Positions 11,511 to 25,000 of a DNA stretch of 64,000 nt are shown here, one piece after another. Position 1 is the first letter of the stretch, and every line of letters starts with the position of its first letter. The stretch spans positions 109,928,001-109,992,000 of the forward strand of contig NC_045696.1 of the NCBI RefSeq assembly GCF_009834535.1, in the 5' to 3' direction. This DNA comes from Camelus ferus. Lineage: Eukaryota. The translations under genes were made by a program, and so were the position numbers. Below the pieces are notes generated by a model. The model was not told the DNA's origin. It searched no databases and saw only the letters and a program-made list of their open reading frames with translations.

Positions 11511-13259
11511 TGATGTTAGGGCTTTCTACATCCTTACCTGTGCTGTGTGTGTGAACGCGTGAATGTGTAAGTGTGGACAGAGATGGCTGTGAACCCGCCT
11601 TGGTGGGCAGCAGCCCCAGGGACTCAAGAGAAACAAACTAAGCCTGTTGGTTCCTTCACCCTCCCTCCGTCCAGGCAGCAGCTTCAGGTCCCTCCCTAGC
11701 ACCTTTCCTCCCTCCAGCACTGTGTTCAGCAGCTGCTTGACCTTGGCCATGTTGCTCCACCTTTCTGGACTGACCTGGGCTCTAACCAACACCCACTAGA
11801 CAAGGGACCGTGGGTAAATTCTGGTCCCACACACGTTGGTCACTTATTATGTATCAGATGTTCCCTACACCTCTGTTTCCCTGTCTGCCAGAAAACTCAT
11901 AAATAAAAACAAAGAGGCTTTCCAGTAAGAGCTTAAAGGGTGCTCCAAGTTAGGATTTGATGACACCCCCTCCCTGGGCTTTAATTCATGCCCTCAGTAT
12001 CCAGAAAGGATCTTGTGGCCCCAGGATAACAAAATGCACCTTAAACCCACTGCATTTAAGTTCTGTCTTAGATATACAAAGTGACCAAAACACACAGATG
12101 GATATTTATCCCAGATCATGCAACGTGGGAGCAGCCTCCAGGAGAGAAGGGGCAGGGGGTCAGCTGCTAGTGAGGACTGACTCCATCTGGTGCTGTGCAG
12201 ATTTCCATCCTTCACTGAGTTCTCAGTTCCACCCGAGGAGATAGGCTCAGGGTGGACGTGCACTGCCCTGTGGGCTGCGCACTGCACAACTCCAGAGTAT
12301 CGTCACACGCCCTGTGATCGGCGCTTCTCCCTTGTGTGCTGAGGGCCCGGAGAGCTGCAGTGACTTGCCCAAGGTCCCCTGTCTAGAAAGCAGCAAGCTT
12401 GGATGAGAAAGCCTCTTCTGACTCCTAGGCCATGGTGTATCTAGGACCCCCGCTGTCTCCCAGCACCCAGAGAACAGGGTGCCTGCCCAAGTTCACACCA
12501 GCAGGGTTAAGAGCCCTGGTCACCTACTGGAATATTCTACGTACTCTTCCATTTCCCCCCCCCTTCTACTTTGTCTATTTGAGATGACATGCAGGGTACT
12601 TTATAAATATCAGTGTTGGTTATATGATGAACAGATTAAGGAACTAGCCTGAACAAGTAAAGGCTGGTAGCGTCTCTTGTTTATTTAGAAGTGGCTTTCC
12701 TGCTGTGAACACTGCCTCTGGTGCCCCCTGAAGGGCCATGGTGCCCAGGAGACAGTGTTATAATAACATCCTTTGAACACAGGTGACACTGCCGGGGTCC
12801 CAGGAGCTGCAAGAATTCCAGCATCTATCGTCCAAGGCTAAATGAGGGCTCAAGCCACTGACTAAGTTGTTTGCAAAGGTGCCAGGTTGAGGCACTGTTA
12901 CTGGACGGGATGTGACACTTGGGGATCAGGTTAACTCAGATTTCTCTGACCAAAGATATTTACAATACAGCCCGAGCACGGGGAAGGGGAGGGGGAGGAG
13001 CGGTGTATCTTAATTAACATCAATGTCTCCAAGGACCTGAAGACAAATGAGTTTTGGGGGGAAAAAATCTCAAACATGTTCCAAAAGATTTGTTTTATCA
13101 AATGATAAATGGCTAATCTTATTAGCTCATCACTCTCATAAAACCCAACTTACTGTTAAAATCGATTAAAAACTACAGGACTGGTGGTGCAGGTACTTAA
13201 GGAAGGCGAAAAAGTTATTTAAAAATGAAAAGAATGCAAAAGGTATTAGCAACTTAATC

Positions 13260-15008
13260 CTCTGGCTAATAAAATAGGTTTATTTATATATACATGGGAG
13301 CTGAATTCTGTGGATAAGGAAAAATAAGTCACACATCCCACGTATGTATATATAACATATGTACCTCTGATTACATATATTATATATACGTTTTACTTTA
13401 CAAACAGATATCTTTATACACACACACACACATTGATATATTAAATGCAATCACTGACAGAAATATTATGATAAGGTTGAGGGGCAGACAGGAGCAGACT
13501 GGGAAATGAGTCTCAGAGCAACACATAACCTGCTTCTCGTGGGCTGAAGAGTCTCTGAAGAAAGACAATTACCAAACTGAACGTTGAGTAGGTTCATAGG
13601 ACATTGAGAACACACATTTTTGAAGGCCATCTTTTTTTTTTTTTTAAGGAAAACGTAGGAAGAAAGAAAAGAGATATGATAAAAAGACCACAGCAACAAC
13701 ACGGATGTAAGAGTCAACATTCAAGTTCAGGTCCCAATCTGACTATAAGAACATCTATATTCAAAATATACTATCAAACTATTTTTCTTTTAGAGAAAGG
13801 AAGTGTCAAAGCAGTTACCATCTCTCCCAGCCACTATCTATTAGGGAAAAAGTGGAGAACAGCCATCTCTGGAAGCCCCTCTAGCATCTCTGAGGGTCTG
13901 ATCCCTGCTGGCTGAGCTGAGTTGAACGCAGCTTGGGTGAGGGAGGCAGCAGGCGACCACCGATGGAGGGGACAATGAGGGAGACGTCCCGCTGTGACCC
14001 CCAAGCAGGTCTGCAGCCCTGAGCATGGATACAGTGATGTCTTCTCCTGAGCCATCACCTTTGGCAGTCTTGTTTTTTTAAGATCGCAGGAGGCAGGTTT
14101 AGAAACGACAGCTCCACACGTCAAGGTTTCTTCCACAAACACGTTCCTCAAGAGCGTGATGTGATGGCCTTTCCAGGAAACAAGGTGAACCCTAATAAAC
14201 CTTGGATCCTTGAAGCAGGGTGAGTATTCCAAAGCTCCAGTGCTGGGACCCACATCCAAACCCTCTCCAGAGAAGGCACGAGTGTCCACTGCAGATGTGG
14301 GTGGTGGAGAGGACACAGGGATGTGCTTGGAGGGGAGCCTTCTGTCGCCAGGGAAAGCAGTCCTGCTGAGAGCACAGTGGAAGCTCCCTGTTGTGGGATG
14401 TTAGGGGGACGTGGCTCGAGGATGCCTGACGTCCTCGGTGCATTCCTGTGGGCTGCATACTGCTGCCTGCGTCCAAACCTTGGATGGAATGACACTCGAC
14501 AGCCAACAGCGAGGTTCAGGGTGCTCGTCCTTGGGGTGATGAGATGCTCCCTCTTCCTGCTTTGCACATGAGTCTGTCGCGTCCCTCTAGGTGGCCCAGC
14601 TCCCTCCGTTGGTGTGCATACGAAGGGGCAGAAATGGGATCCCTCACACTGAGTGGAGAGGAACCAGAGCTTTAAGAAGTGCTCAGAGGCCATTGTAACA
14701 TCCACTGGTGCAGTCAGTCTCTTCCCTCCCCTGCCTGGGGCTGCTGGGACAAGTTATTAAGAGAAGCAATCAATGCAACTGCTTTGCTTAGAGATACCTT
14801 TATTTTATAAAGCCACGGATCGTTCTGTAAATTTTTTTTTTCTAATCCACACTTATAAAAAAGATGTTGACAATTCTTAGGAAAAAAAAAAGCTGAAAAC
14901 TTTTTATCATCAAGTCAGGGTTACACAAAGATGACATTTATAATATATATTTGTACGTGGATAATTTAGAGACAAAAGGAAGGAACGGCAAAGCGAGGGC
15001 TGCTGCAC
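13260..15008 (-). other. TMEM108: TMEM108 3'UTR (approximate 3' end)
   Basis: Follows the stop; AU-rich blocks; ends near minus-strand AATAAA at 13284-13279. Length inferred from the signal only. Confidence 0.65.
13279..13284 (-). terminator. Probable distal TMEM108 polyadenylation signal
   Basis: TTTATT on plus (AATAAA on minus), preceded by UGUA and followed by U-rich sequence. Alternatives at 14804-14799 and 12685-12680. Confidence 0.6.
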
Positions 15009-15206
<198 letters not shown>

Positions 15207-15247
15207 TCACAGGGATGTTTATTTCCACCTGGGATTGCTTGGTAAAC

Positions 15248-15505
15248 ATTTTTTAAAAAGTATTGAAATATAGTTGACACACAATATCATGTGAGTTTCA
15301 GGTGTACTACGTGGAGATTTGACATCCACATACATTATGAAATGATCACGTGACATGTGTAGTGACATGTGTCCTCATACAAAGTTATTACAGCTCTATG
15401 GACCACGGTCCTTACGCTCTGCATTACACCCATGGGGCTTATTTATTTTACAGCTGGAGGTCTGTACCTCTTAATCCCCGTCGCCTATTCCACACCCCTG
15501 ACCTC
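15248..15505 (-). mobile_element. L1 3' end fragment
   Basis: tattgaaatatagttgacacacaatatcatgtgagtttcaggtgtac is a typical reverse-complemented L1 3' terminus. Confidence 0.75.
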
Positions 15506-17404
15506 ATTTTTCATCATCCTCACTGCTGATACTGAGGTAGAGCTTTGTCTGCTTGTCTTTCAGATTTTTATAGCAGCTTCCAAAAAAGATGTCCTGCTTC
15601 CTAAGCCACCTCCATCTCAGGGTGCCAGGATGGAACTGCCCTCCATGCAAGACTCACATAAGAGCATGGCTCATTGCCTTAGTGGGCAAAACCGGGTCCA
15701 CTCTCCTTCCTGCCTGGGTCTCACAGACCTCTGGGAGGCCTCGCGGCTCTTCCTTCCCGAACGCTGCCCCTCTCCTCTCCTGCCACCCACCCGTCAGAGC
15801 CTTCCACGGCTCATTCTTCCCGTTCCTGGGTCCTCCCAGAGCCTGGTCAGAATTCTCACCCTGTTTCTTGTAGCACAGGATGTGCTGAGCTGAACAGATT
15901 TGAATCTCTGTGTGACTGCACAATAAACAGGTAGTGAATGAAAAATTCAGTCCGTCTACGCGGCCCCAGGAGTGGAAAAGCCCAGAAATGGGCCATGTGC
16001 TCAGGGCATCTGAATGGCTTTGGCCTCAACTACCAAGGACTGCAAGCATCTGCGGGCCACGAAACGGCTGTTCTCAGACTCAGGCCCAGAATACGTCTGG
16101 AGAATAAGTCACAGCCTGTCCCAGATCCACATGGGAAGCCTCAGAGTCTGCAGCTATTTCGGGACAAAGATGGGGCAGCAGGCCTCAGTGCACCCGGCTT
16201 AGGCCAGACCAGCTTAGAAACGGCTTCACTTTAAGAAGCCACAATTAATACTCTGAAGTTGACTCTTAAACGAAACATGCAATTTTTGACAAGTATGCAT
16301 TGCTTTATGGGTAATAAGGAGAAAAAGGAAGAAAGGCCATTTGTTGGTAAAATGACTTTTCAAAAGACAAGAGTTTCCTTCACTGTCTGGAATCAGCTGA
16401 GTGCGCATCCAAGGGGTGGACGTGGGTCTGAGTAAGGAGAACAGCGTGGTGTGCCAGCAAGGGGACAGAAGTCCTCTTTCTGCACTGGGTTTTTGGGTTG
16501 AGCTGCGGATGAGAATTTTGGTGGCTGAGATCTGGCTTGTGGTTTTACCGTTCTCACAAAGCAAGAGTTCACCAAGGGTAAACCGCATGAGGGAAATTTC
16601 ACTGGGTAAAAAATCGAAAGTTCTGTAGGAAATAAGTAAGGCAAGAAAGAAGGAAAAGGGAGGAGGGGAAGGAAAAAGACAAGAAAGCACAGAAATGTTT
16701 CCAAGTGCCTCTGGGCATCACAATTTTGCCCATACAGCCCGGATTCCGTTCTGCTGCTTTCATCAGCCCAGAAAGGGAGCAGGGCACCAGAGAAACTTGC
16801 TTAGGCAAAGCACTTGGCAGCCTCCAAAGCTGGCAGCTGGGCGGGAGGTGAGCTCATGGCCCGGGATCAGGGGGACGCGGATGCTGGAATGTGTCCTGTG
16901 ACTGCGGTGGCTGCGTGGGTGTGGCAGGGCCCCTGAGCACAGGGAGAGGACAACTGCTGTGGCTGGGAATGGAGCAGAACAGGGGAGTGGGCCGGCTGGG
17001 AGGGGCCGGTGGTAAACCCACGCTGGAGCCACCATGGCCCCCTGATCCTGGGGTGTGACCTGCTGTGGTGGCCGCTTTGCCAGGGCCTCTGGCCTGTGTC
17101 CCACGTGTCCTGGTGCTCTGGGTCGGGACATCTGGTGGGTTCTGTGCTAGCCGGGCCCTTCCGATGGTGCGCTCACCAGCACCGTCCTCTGGCTTCGGGT
17201 TTCATTCACCAGTTGGTAAAGAGACTACGAGGAATTCAGAGTCCAGGGGTTCACAGCCCACACTCAAAGTGGGCAAGCCCGGTGGCCAAATAATCTACTT
17301 TTTCACACACTGTCACAGTTCTCAGGAACACTTCTGCCACGCCAAGTGTGCCCTGGCCATGCTAAAGGTCAATCCTTCGTGAGGCCTGTCCTTCTGTCCT
17401 TCAG

Positions 17405-18390
17405 CTAAGATTTTTTTACTGAGTGTCCACTGTGTGTTAGGCTTTGGGCTGGGTGATGGGTAAATTGTGAGCAAAGCTTATAGTTCACCCATGTGATAAC
17501 CATTTACCGAACAGCTACCATGGGCTGGGCATAGGGCAGTGAACAGAGCAAAAAGCCTCCTGCCCTCGGGCAGCTTATGGTCTAGCAGATGAGACAGACA
17601 GCACAGCAGTCAGCAGCGAGAAGGGTGCAATGTCAGGCAGTGAGAAGTGCTCTGAAGAAAAGCAAAGCAGGGCCAGGGACAGAGCACCAAGGGGTGGAGG
17701 GTGAGGTTCTAACCTGTATAGAGCAGTCAGGGAGGACCTCCCTGAGGAGGTGGCATTGCAGCAGAGTCTTGGAGGGAGTGAGGGATGGAGGCAACCAGAA
17801 GAGCATTTCAGACAGGCGCAAGGGCCAGCTCTCAGGTGGGGACAAGCTCACTACTTCGGATGAAGGGCCAAAAGGCCAGTGCGGCGGGGGCAGGTGCTTA
17901 TGGTCTGGCAGGTGGGGAGGAGGGGGGCGGGGCCACCCAGGGAAGCGCCTGCTGAGAGGAATCTGGGTTTTGCCCAAGGTGTGAAGTGGAGCCCTCTGGG
18001 GCTTGGGAGGAGCTGTGGCTGCCTGAGGTCCAGCAGACCGTAGGGGAAGGGACTGGAGCAATCCAGGGTTCCGGGGATGAAGGCAGCTGGCAGCCTGGGC
18101 GAGGCGCTGCAGGGCCGGTGGTGAGAGATGCTCGCAGGGAGGAAGACCCCATGGTGTGCTAACATTCTGGATGTGGGGTGTGGGGGCAGAAGAGGCGCCA
18201 GCAGTGCCATCTAATACTGAGAAACACCGGGGTGGGGGGCTTCCAGGTGTTGGGGTGGGAGGGGGAGCCAAGAGTTCAGTCTCAGGCTCCTGAATTTTTA
18301 GACGTACGGTCGAAGCTGGGCCCATGGGTCTGGACCTCGGGGAGACAAGGCTGGAGCAGAAACTAGTCAACTTTGAAGATGGGATTTAAA
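17405..18390 (-). mobile_element. L2 LINE fragment
   Basis: tttactgagtgtccactgtgtgttaggc; gcagtgaacagagcaaaaagcctcctgccctc; cagtcagggaggacctccctgaggaggtggcattg. Confidence 0.7.
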
Positions 18391-19690
18391 GTCATGGAAC
18401 CGAGCAGAAGGAGAAGAGAGGCAGTGGGAGGCTTGGGCTGGGACCCTCCGGTGACTGGAGGCGGGGAAAGGACAGGGAACCAACGCTGCAGACAGGAGGA
18501 GCTGGAAGCTGGGGGAGGAACAGACAGGGCAGGGTGGGGCACCAGATGCCACTAGAGAAAATGTGCGGACGCTGCTTGTAGATCGTGTGGAATGAGTGCC
18601 CAGAACTGCCCCCTTGCATTTAGCAATGTGGGGGCCGCCAGTTATTCAACTACACTATCAAACCAACAGCTGCATAACTCCAACCCAGATAAGTGCCATG
18701 TCAGAAAAGCACAGGGAGCTGAGACCACGCCATAGGAGAGTGAAGCCAGCCTGGCAGTCAGGGGAGGCCTCTCCAAGGCAGTGACAGCTACACTGGGCCC
18801 CGGGTGATGGGGCGGAGTTGCCAAGGTGGAAAGTGAAGGGGGCCAGGGAGGAACAGAAGACCCCTAGGACAGGGAACAGCTCACACAGCCTGGAGTGTGA
18901 TGTCACCTGATGCAGTGATGGGTGTGGCTGGAGTTTAGCAAATGGGGGGGGGCCTGGAGGAGGCTGGAGGGTTGGGTGGGGACAGGCCCACCTGCAAAGA
19001 CTTAGAACTCTAACTTACAAGCAACGGGGAACTACTGAAGGGTTTGAGGCACAGGAATGATGTGATCACATTTATGTTTATAAAAGGTCATCTGGCTGCC
19101 GGGGGGATGGATCTGCTGAGGAGAGGGGGCTGTACCTCCAGAACTCTCAGCCTCCACCCCCTGCCTTTACCCAGGTGTCCACCATCTCTCCTGGGCCATC
19201 TCACCTGCTTCCTAGGTGACCTACCTATTCCTAGGCTTTCTGTCTGTCCTCTCATACACTCATCCATCCACTAAACTACCCCCCCTTTCCCTCCTATCCA
19301 TTCCTTGATCATGTGTAGAGTGCCCTCACCAGGCTATCAGGACACTCTTTTAGATCTAAAACTAGGTCACACAAAGCTCAAAGCTTTCAATGACCCTCCG
19401 CGAACTAAGACTAAAGTACAAACTCCATTCAACCCCACGCAAGGCCGTGTCTAATCCAGCTACCTCTGCCCCACCTTCCACGTGAGAGTGGAAAGGAGCA
19501 AGGACTTGGCAGCCACAGAGACCTGGGTTCAAAGCCCAGCTCTCTCAGTGGCCAGCTGGGTTAGGAGTTTTGGGCAAATACTCATCCTTCACCTGGGGAT
19601 TCTAGATAATTCAGATCCTGATTCAGGTGCGCTGGGGCGGGGCGCTACTGCCGCTGGCCCAGGGACCACGCTGGGAGGAGCCAGGCACTA

Positions 19691-20450
<760 letters not shown>

Positions 20451-20814
20451 GCTATTTAGAGGCTGCACTCACGGGCTCAGGAGCAAGAGGCATGGTTGTA
20501 ATTTCGGCTAGCTGTGGTGGCTGCAGGGTCGCCCCTAAGTTTGCTCCAAGGAGAGGCTTTGCTCACTTGGTGGGAGGGCTTCCCCCAGCTTGGCTGCAAA
20601 GAATGGCATGTGTGCTGAGCTGCACTGCTGGACTGAAGAGGGGCCTTCTCAGTCGGAGCAGGAGCATGGCAGAGAGGGATGGAGCCCAGGGAACTTTACA
20701 CAATGAGCCCTTGCCTTCCACAGAGGGCCTTGGTGGCAGAGGTCCCGGACCCTGAAAAGACAGCTGCTCTGGCATCATCAGCATTACCACCATCATCACG
20801 AAAAAAAAAGCCAC

Positions 20815-21010
20815 TAACAGTATATAGCATTTATATGCCAGGCAGGGTTCCAAGTGCTTTTGAATATTAATTCACTTAATCCTCCACGTAACTCCACGAG
20901 GTTGGTACCAGTAGGGCCCCCATTTTATAGACAGGGAAAAGGAGACTCAGGTGAAGTGACTTGCCCAAGAGCAAACCCAGACATCTGGAGTCCAGAGTCT
21001 GTGCTCTCAG
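20815..21010 (-). mobile_element. MIR SINE
   Basis: atgccaggc...attcacttaatcctcc...cccattttatagacaggg...gtgacttgcccaag. Confidence 0.75.
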
Positions 21011-22519
21011 CCCTCCCCGAAGTCTGCCTCACAAAGGCATGCCAAATGCCGACGGGGAGCCCGCGCTGCACAAATGGGATTGCCGGGGGCTTTCCACCGT
21101 GCGATATGACACCCTGTCTGTTCAGTCCCGGAGACTCGAAGGCCCTGGGAGGAGGGAGCATTGTATGTTGCTGATAAACCACTCTGTGAGCAGAGTGGCT
21201 CAGACGCAGAGTGGCTCGGACATGCCGACTTGGAAGGCTTCTGAGGTCGGAGAAGTGTGCTGGCCTGTCCAGGGTCACACAGTGGAACGGGTGATGCAGT
21301 GACCAGGGTAACAGAAGCCCTCTGGGGGAAAAGCCAGTAAATGGAGACTGGGTACCTCCTGCCCAGGCTCGCCATCACCAGAGCCCAAAGGGTGGCTGAA
21401 ATTGGGCCAGGGGTGGGCAGAGCTATGGGGACGCCCAGGCTGAGCCGTGCACAGAGGCCAGCACCGTGGTGGCAGTGGCCACCAGGGGGCAGTGGAGGCC
21501 CAGTTCTGTCCACAGCACCCTGAAGGTCTGGCCCGCATCCGGGGGCCCGAGTGTGCCAGGGTGTAGGGTAGCTGCAAACCTGGCACCTCACAGGCTGAGA
21601 CCTCGGGGCCCACAGCCTAGAGCCCTGTGGGCTGAAGAATCCTGGAATGCTCTTCCCTGCTGCTGGCCTCGCTGGCATCTTGACCTGACAAGCCTTCCAG
21701 ACGAATTTCCATTCAAGCCATCAGGCAAGTTTCCATTCCATCCAATCTGTTTCTATCAGTAAAACTTCTGATTTGCTTACCCTTCTTCCAGGTCCCCTTA
21801 CAAACATTTTCAAAATAGAAAGGCGATTTCTGAATATTTGAGCTCAAAGGAATTTTAGACTGGCTGGTAGAGACTTCTTCAAATTTTGTGGGTCTCCTTT
21901 CCTTCTCAAGAACCCTTTCTTCAACTGGTTGAAGGAGGAATGGGAGTGAGGAGGGAGGCTGCAGAATCAGCCTGAAATTCTGCTCATTTAGGGCACCCTC
22001 CGCATCCTACAGACCAGAAGACTAGGGTGCAAAGACTCTGGCTTAACTGCCGCAGGTCACAGTAAGTGTCAGGGCCTGGGGCAAGGCCCTAAGTCCTCTG
22101 CCCCTTTTCTGGAGTCTTTGTTCCTCACTGTCACTACTTTTCACCCTGCTCCTGGGGTGGTGAGGTGGGGGTGGGGGAATTCAAGCTGCAGAAACCCAAA
22201 CCATAAGGAGAGGGTTGGGCTGAGCCCACACTGCCACTGCTGTGAGCCTGGGCCTGATTAGGACACAGGACTGGGGTCCTGCCCTGCAGGAAGGGCACGG
22301 AGAGCTCTGTTCCTTGCATTCTCGCCTTCACACGTTGTTGGTGCTCCTGGCCTGATCACATGCCTAACGGGGAGCTCCTGGGGCCTCTCAAACACCATTT
22401 CATTGACACACCAGAAGCCAGCCCAGCTGCAGGAAAAGCATGGCCTTGGAGACCACATGCCAAAGGTGCAGGTGTGACTCTGCTGTGTATCACACTAGGT
22501 GAGTCACTTTTTTTTTCCA

Positions 22520-22651
22520 TTCTTTGGTTCTTTTTTTTGGCGGGGGAGGTAATTGGGTTTATTTATTTATTTACTAATGGAGGTGCTGGGGATGGAACCC
22601 AGGACCTGCTACCTGCTAAGCACTCACTACCTCTGAGCTCTGCCCTCCCCC
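22520..22651 (-). mobile_element. Vic-1-type SINE inserted into a MIR (~22460-22770)
   Basis: ggaggtaattgggtttatttattt...ggaggtgctggggatggaacccaggacc...gctaagcac...ctgagctctgccctcccc; MIR-like flanks on both sides. Confidence 0.8.
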
Positions 22652-24815
22652 TAGGGAAGCCACTTCTTGATGCTGATCCCTATGGACTTGGCAGGGTTGT
22701 AAGGAGTCCGAGATCATGAATACAAGATTCCAAGTGCACTGCCTGACGCACAACAAGTGCTTAATGAGTAAGAGTTTCCTGAAAGGAAAACTGGGCTGCA
22801 CAGCTGTTGGGTGGTTCAAGGCCAAGGCTCCACCTGTGATTTAGCACTTTCGTTATTTCATATTAAACCTTTTCATCCCAGAAAGAAAAGTATGATCAGA
22901 CTTAGGGAGTCTCTAGTATGTCCCCAGGGGCTTCATGGTCTGATTTAACCCACAAAATAACCGCCTGAGGGAGGAGCTGGCACTCTTTCCATTCACCGAA
23001 GAGGCAACTGAAGCTCGTGGAGGTTAACAGAAGTAACCCTGGTCAGCCAGCTAATTACTGGAACTGGAACCTGGGTCTCAGTGACCTCTGGCTGCCGGTC
23101 GTCCTAACTTGTCCTGATTGCCGGTGGGGGCGTGCCTGAGGAAGCACTGCGTGGACCACAGGCTCTGTGCACATACAGGGTGGGAGCCGCCCCCTCTCCG
23201 ATGCTCTCTTGAAAGCTCCCACTGCTCTGCTTCTCCCAACGCAACAGCCTCAAGGCTCTTAGAGGAGGTCAAGGGCATCCCTAATCCCTCCAGTTTTAAA
23301 ATGAGTGTGAGTTCAGCAAGCTCTCTCTGCTTCCCAGGCATGTCAGTGGGGATCAGCCATGGCTTGTCAGAGCTATGTCAGGAAGGAGGAGGGTCGCCGA
23401 TTGGAAGATGGAGCCCTGAGGACTGTGCTGACATTTCTGAGAGGGGCCTGGTTTCAGGGCTGGGACCCGCTGTGTGATGGGAAATGGAAATGAGAGCCTA
23501 TGGTAGCCCGAAGGCGCAGCCTTTTCAAACACCTGCGGAAAGTGCGCCCTCCGTGGCCTGCTGGAGAACACATGGCCAGTCCTATTATGTGAACATGCTA
23601 TCTGCCCGCTGCCCTCACCGGGCACCTCTCCACGGCGGACTCTGTGGTAGGACCTCAGATGCATCAGCTCTGCTGTGCACAAGTCTTTGTGGGGTGGGGG
23701 ACGGCTGCAGCCGCGGGAGTGCTGGCTCAGACCTCCTGTGGCGGGGGCACAGCGGAGGGACAGGCACAGTGGAGGGCCGGGCCCGGCCACTACCCTCTGA
23801 TTCACCACCACGTGTGTGCCCAGGCCACGTTTCCTGGGCTGCTTCCAGCCGTGGCAGGGCTACAAGAGCAGGCCTGTTCCTGTGGGACAGGGGCCTCCTC
23901 TTAATGGTCTGAGGACTACCCTCAGCCTGGCAGAAACTTCCGTAGGGCTGCCCTGCGGTCCAAGCCTCTCCCTCCCAATCCTCCCCTGCAACGTGCCACA
24001 CGCACACTGCCCTGAGGCTCTCCCCGCCTCCTCCAGCCGCTTCCGTTATACTTCGCAGGTGTTTCCCCAGTACATCTCTTGCAGGCTGAATTCTGTTTAG
24101 GGATCTGCCTCCTGGAGGCCCCAAGCTAACACAGTGAACGCTGAGTCCTATTTCCACAGGCGAGAAAGCATTGGACCAACTTGTCCAAGTTCCACAGGTG
24201 ACGAGTGGGAGAGCTGGGGTCACACCCAGGTGTGTTTGATTCCCAAGCCAAGCCTTTCTGTCACACCAGGGTCTGTCTTGAGTGAGTCATGCAGGGTGAA
24301 TGTTAGGAAAGTGAGAGAGGCAGGCATCTTTGACAGATGTCAGGTTGGCCCCTCATTTTGTAGGTGAGACACCGGAGACTCTGGAGGGAAGAATTTGTCC
24401 GGTGGCGCCAGCCCAGCTGTGGACCATCACTTCCCTCCTCTGGAGGCTGGGGGAGGAGACCAGGGGAGGCCTCAGGGTATGGAAGGAGGCCAGGCTGGAC
24501 ACGAGGCCACAGGTCTGGGGAAACCAGATTTGGGGGCTCACTGACTCCCCATCTGGCTGGTGAGAATGGGCCTGAGGAAGGGCCACAAGGTTCCTGCAGG
24601 GGGCGCTGTTGGGAAGCACAGAGAAGAACCCTGAGAGTGTGTCTAGGACACTGTGGTCCAGCCACGGGGACACCCCCGTTCCCCCTCCCAAGCCTGCCGT
24701 GCCCCAAGGCCATGCCTCCCTTCAGTTGGCTCATAAGCCCCAAGGAGACAAACCTGGTGTTAGTGCCTTCCTGTCCTCATCTCTCCTGTTCTTTTTGCTG
24801 GAAAGAGTACTTCTT

Positions 24816-25000
24816 AAGGGAGGGTATAGCTCAGTGGTAGAGCGCGTGCTTAGCATGCACAAGGTCCTGGGTTCAATCCCCAGTACCTCCATTTAAATAA
24901 ATGAACAAATAAACCTAGTTACCCCTCCTCCCAAAACAAGTCAAGATGAAAAGTTTTTTTTGTTTTTTTGTTTTTTTTTTAAAAAAGGAAAGAGCAATTA
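24816..25000 (+). mobile_element. Vic-1-type SINE with a well-preserved tRNA-Ala(AGC)-like head
   Basis: gggagggtatagctcagtggtagagcgcgtgcttagcatgcacaaggtcctgggttcaatccccagtacctcca, then aaataaacctagttacc tail. Imperfect TSD aaagagtacttct / aagaaatacttct. Confidence 0.9.

Noticed and set aside
17633..18370. 245-aa minus-strand ORF
   Set aside because: Lies within an L2 remnant; low-complexity Pro/Ser/Leu; no recognisable domain or ATG start.
24820..24891. Functional tRNA-Ala gene
   Set aside because: Followed by the SINE tail and flanked by TSD-like repeats, with three diverged relatives in the window; stem mismatches.
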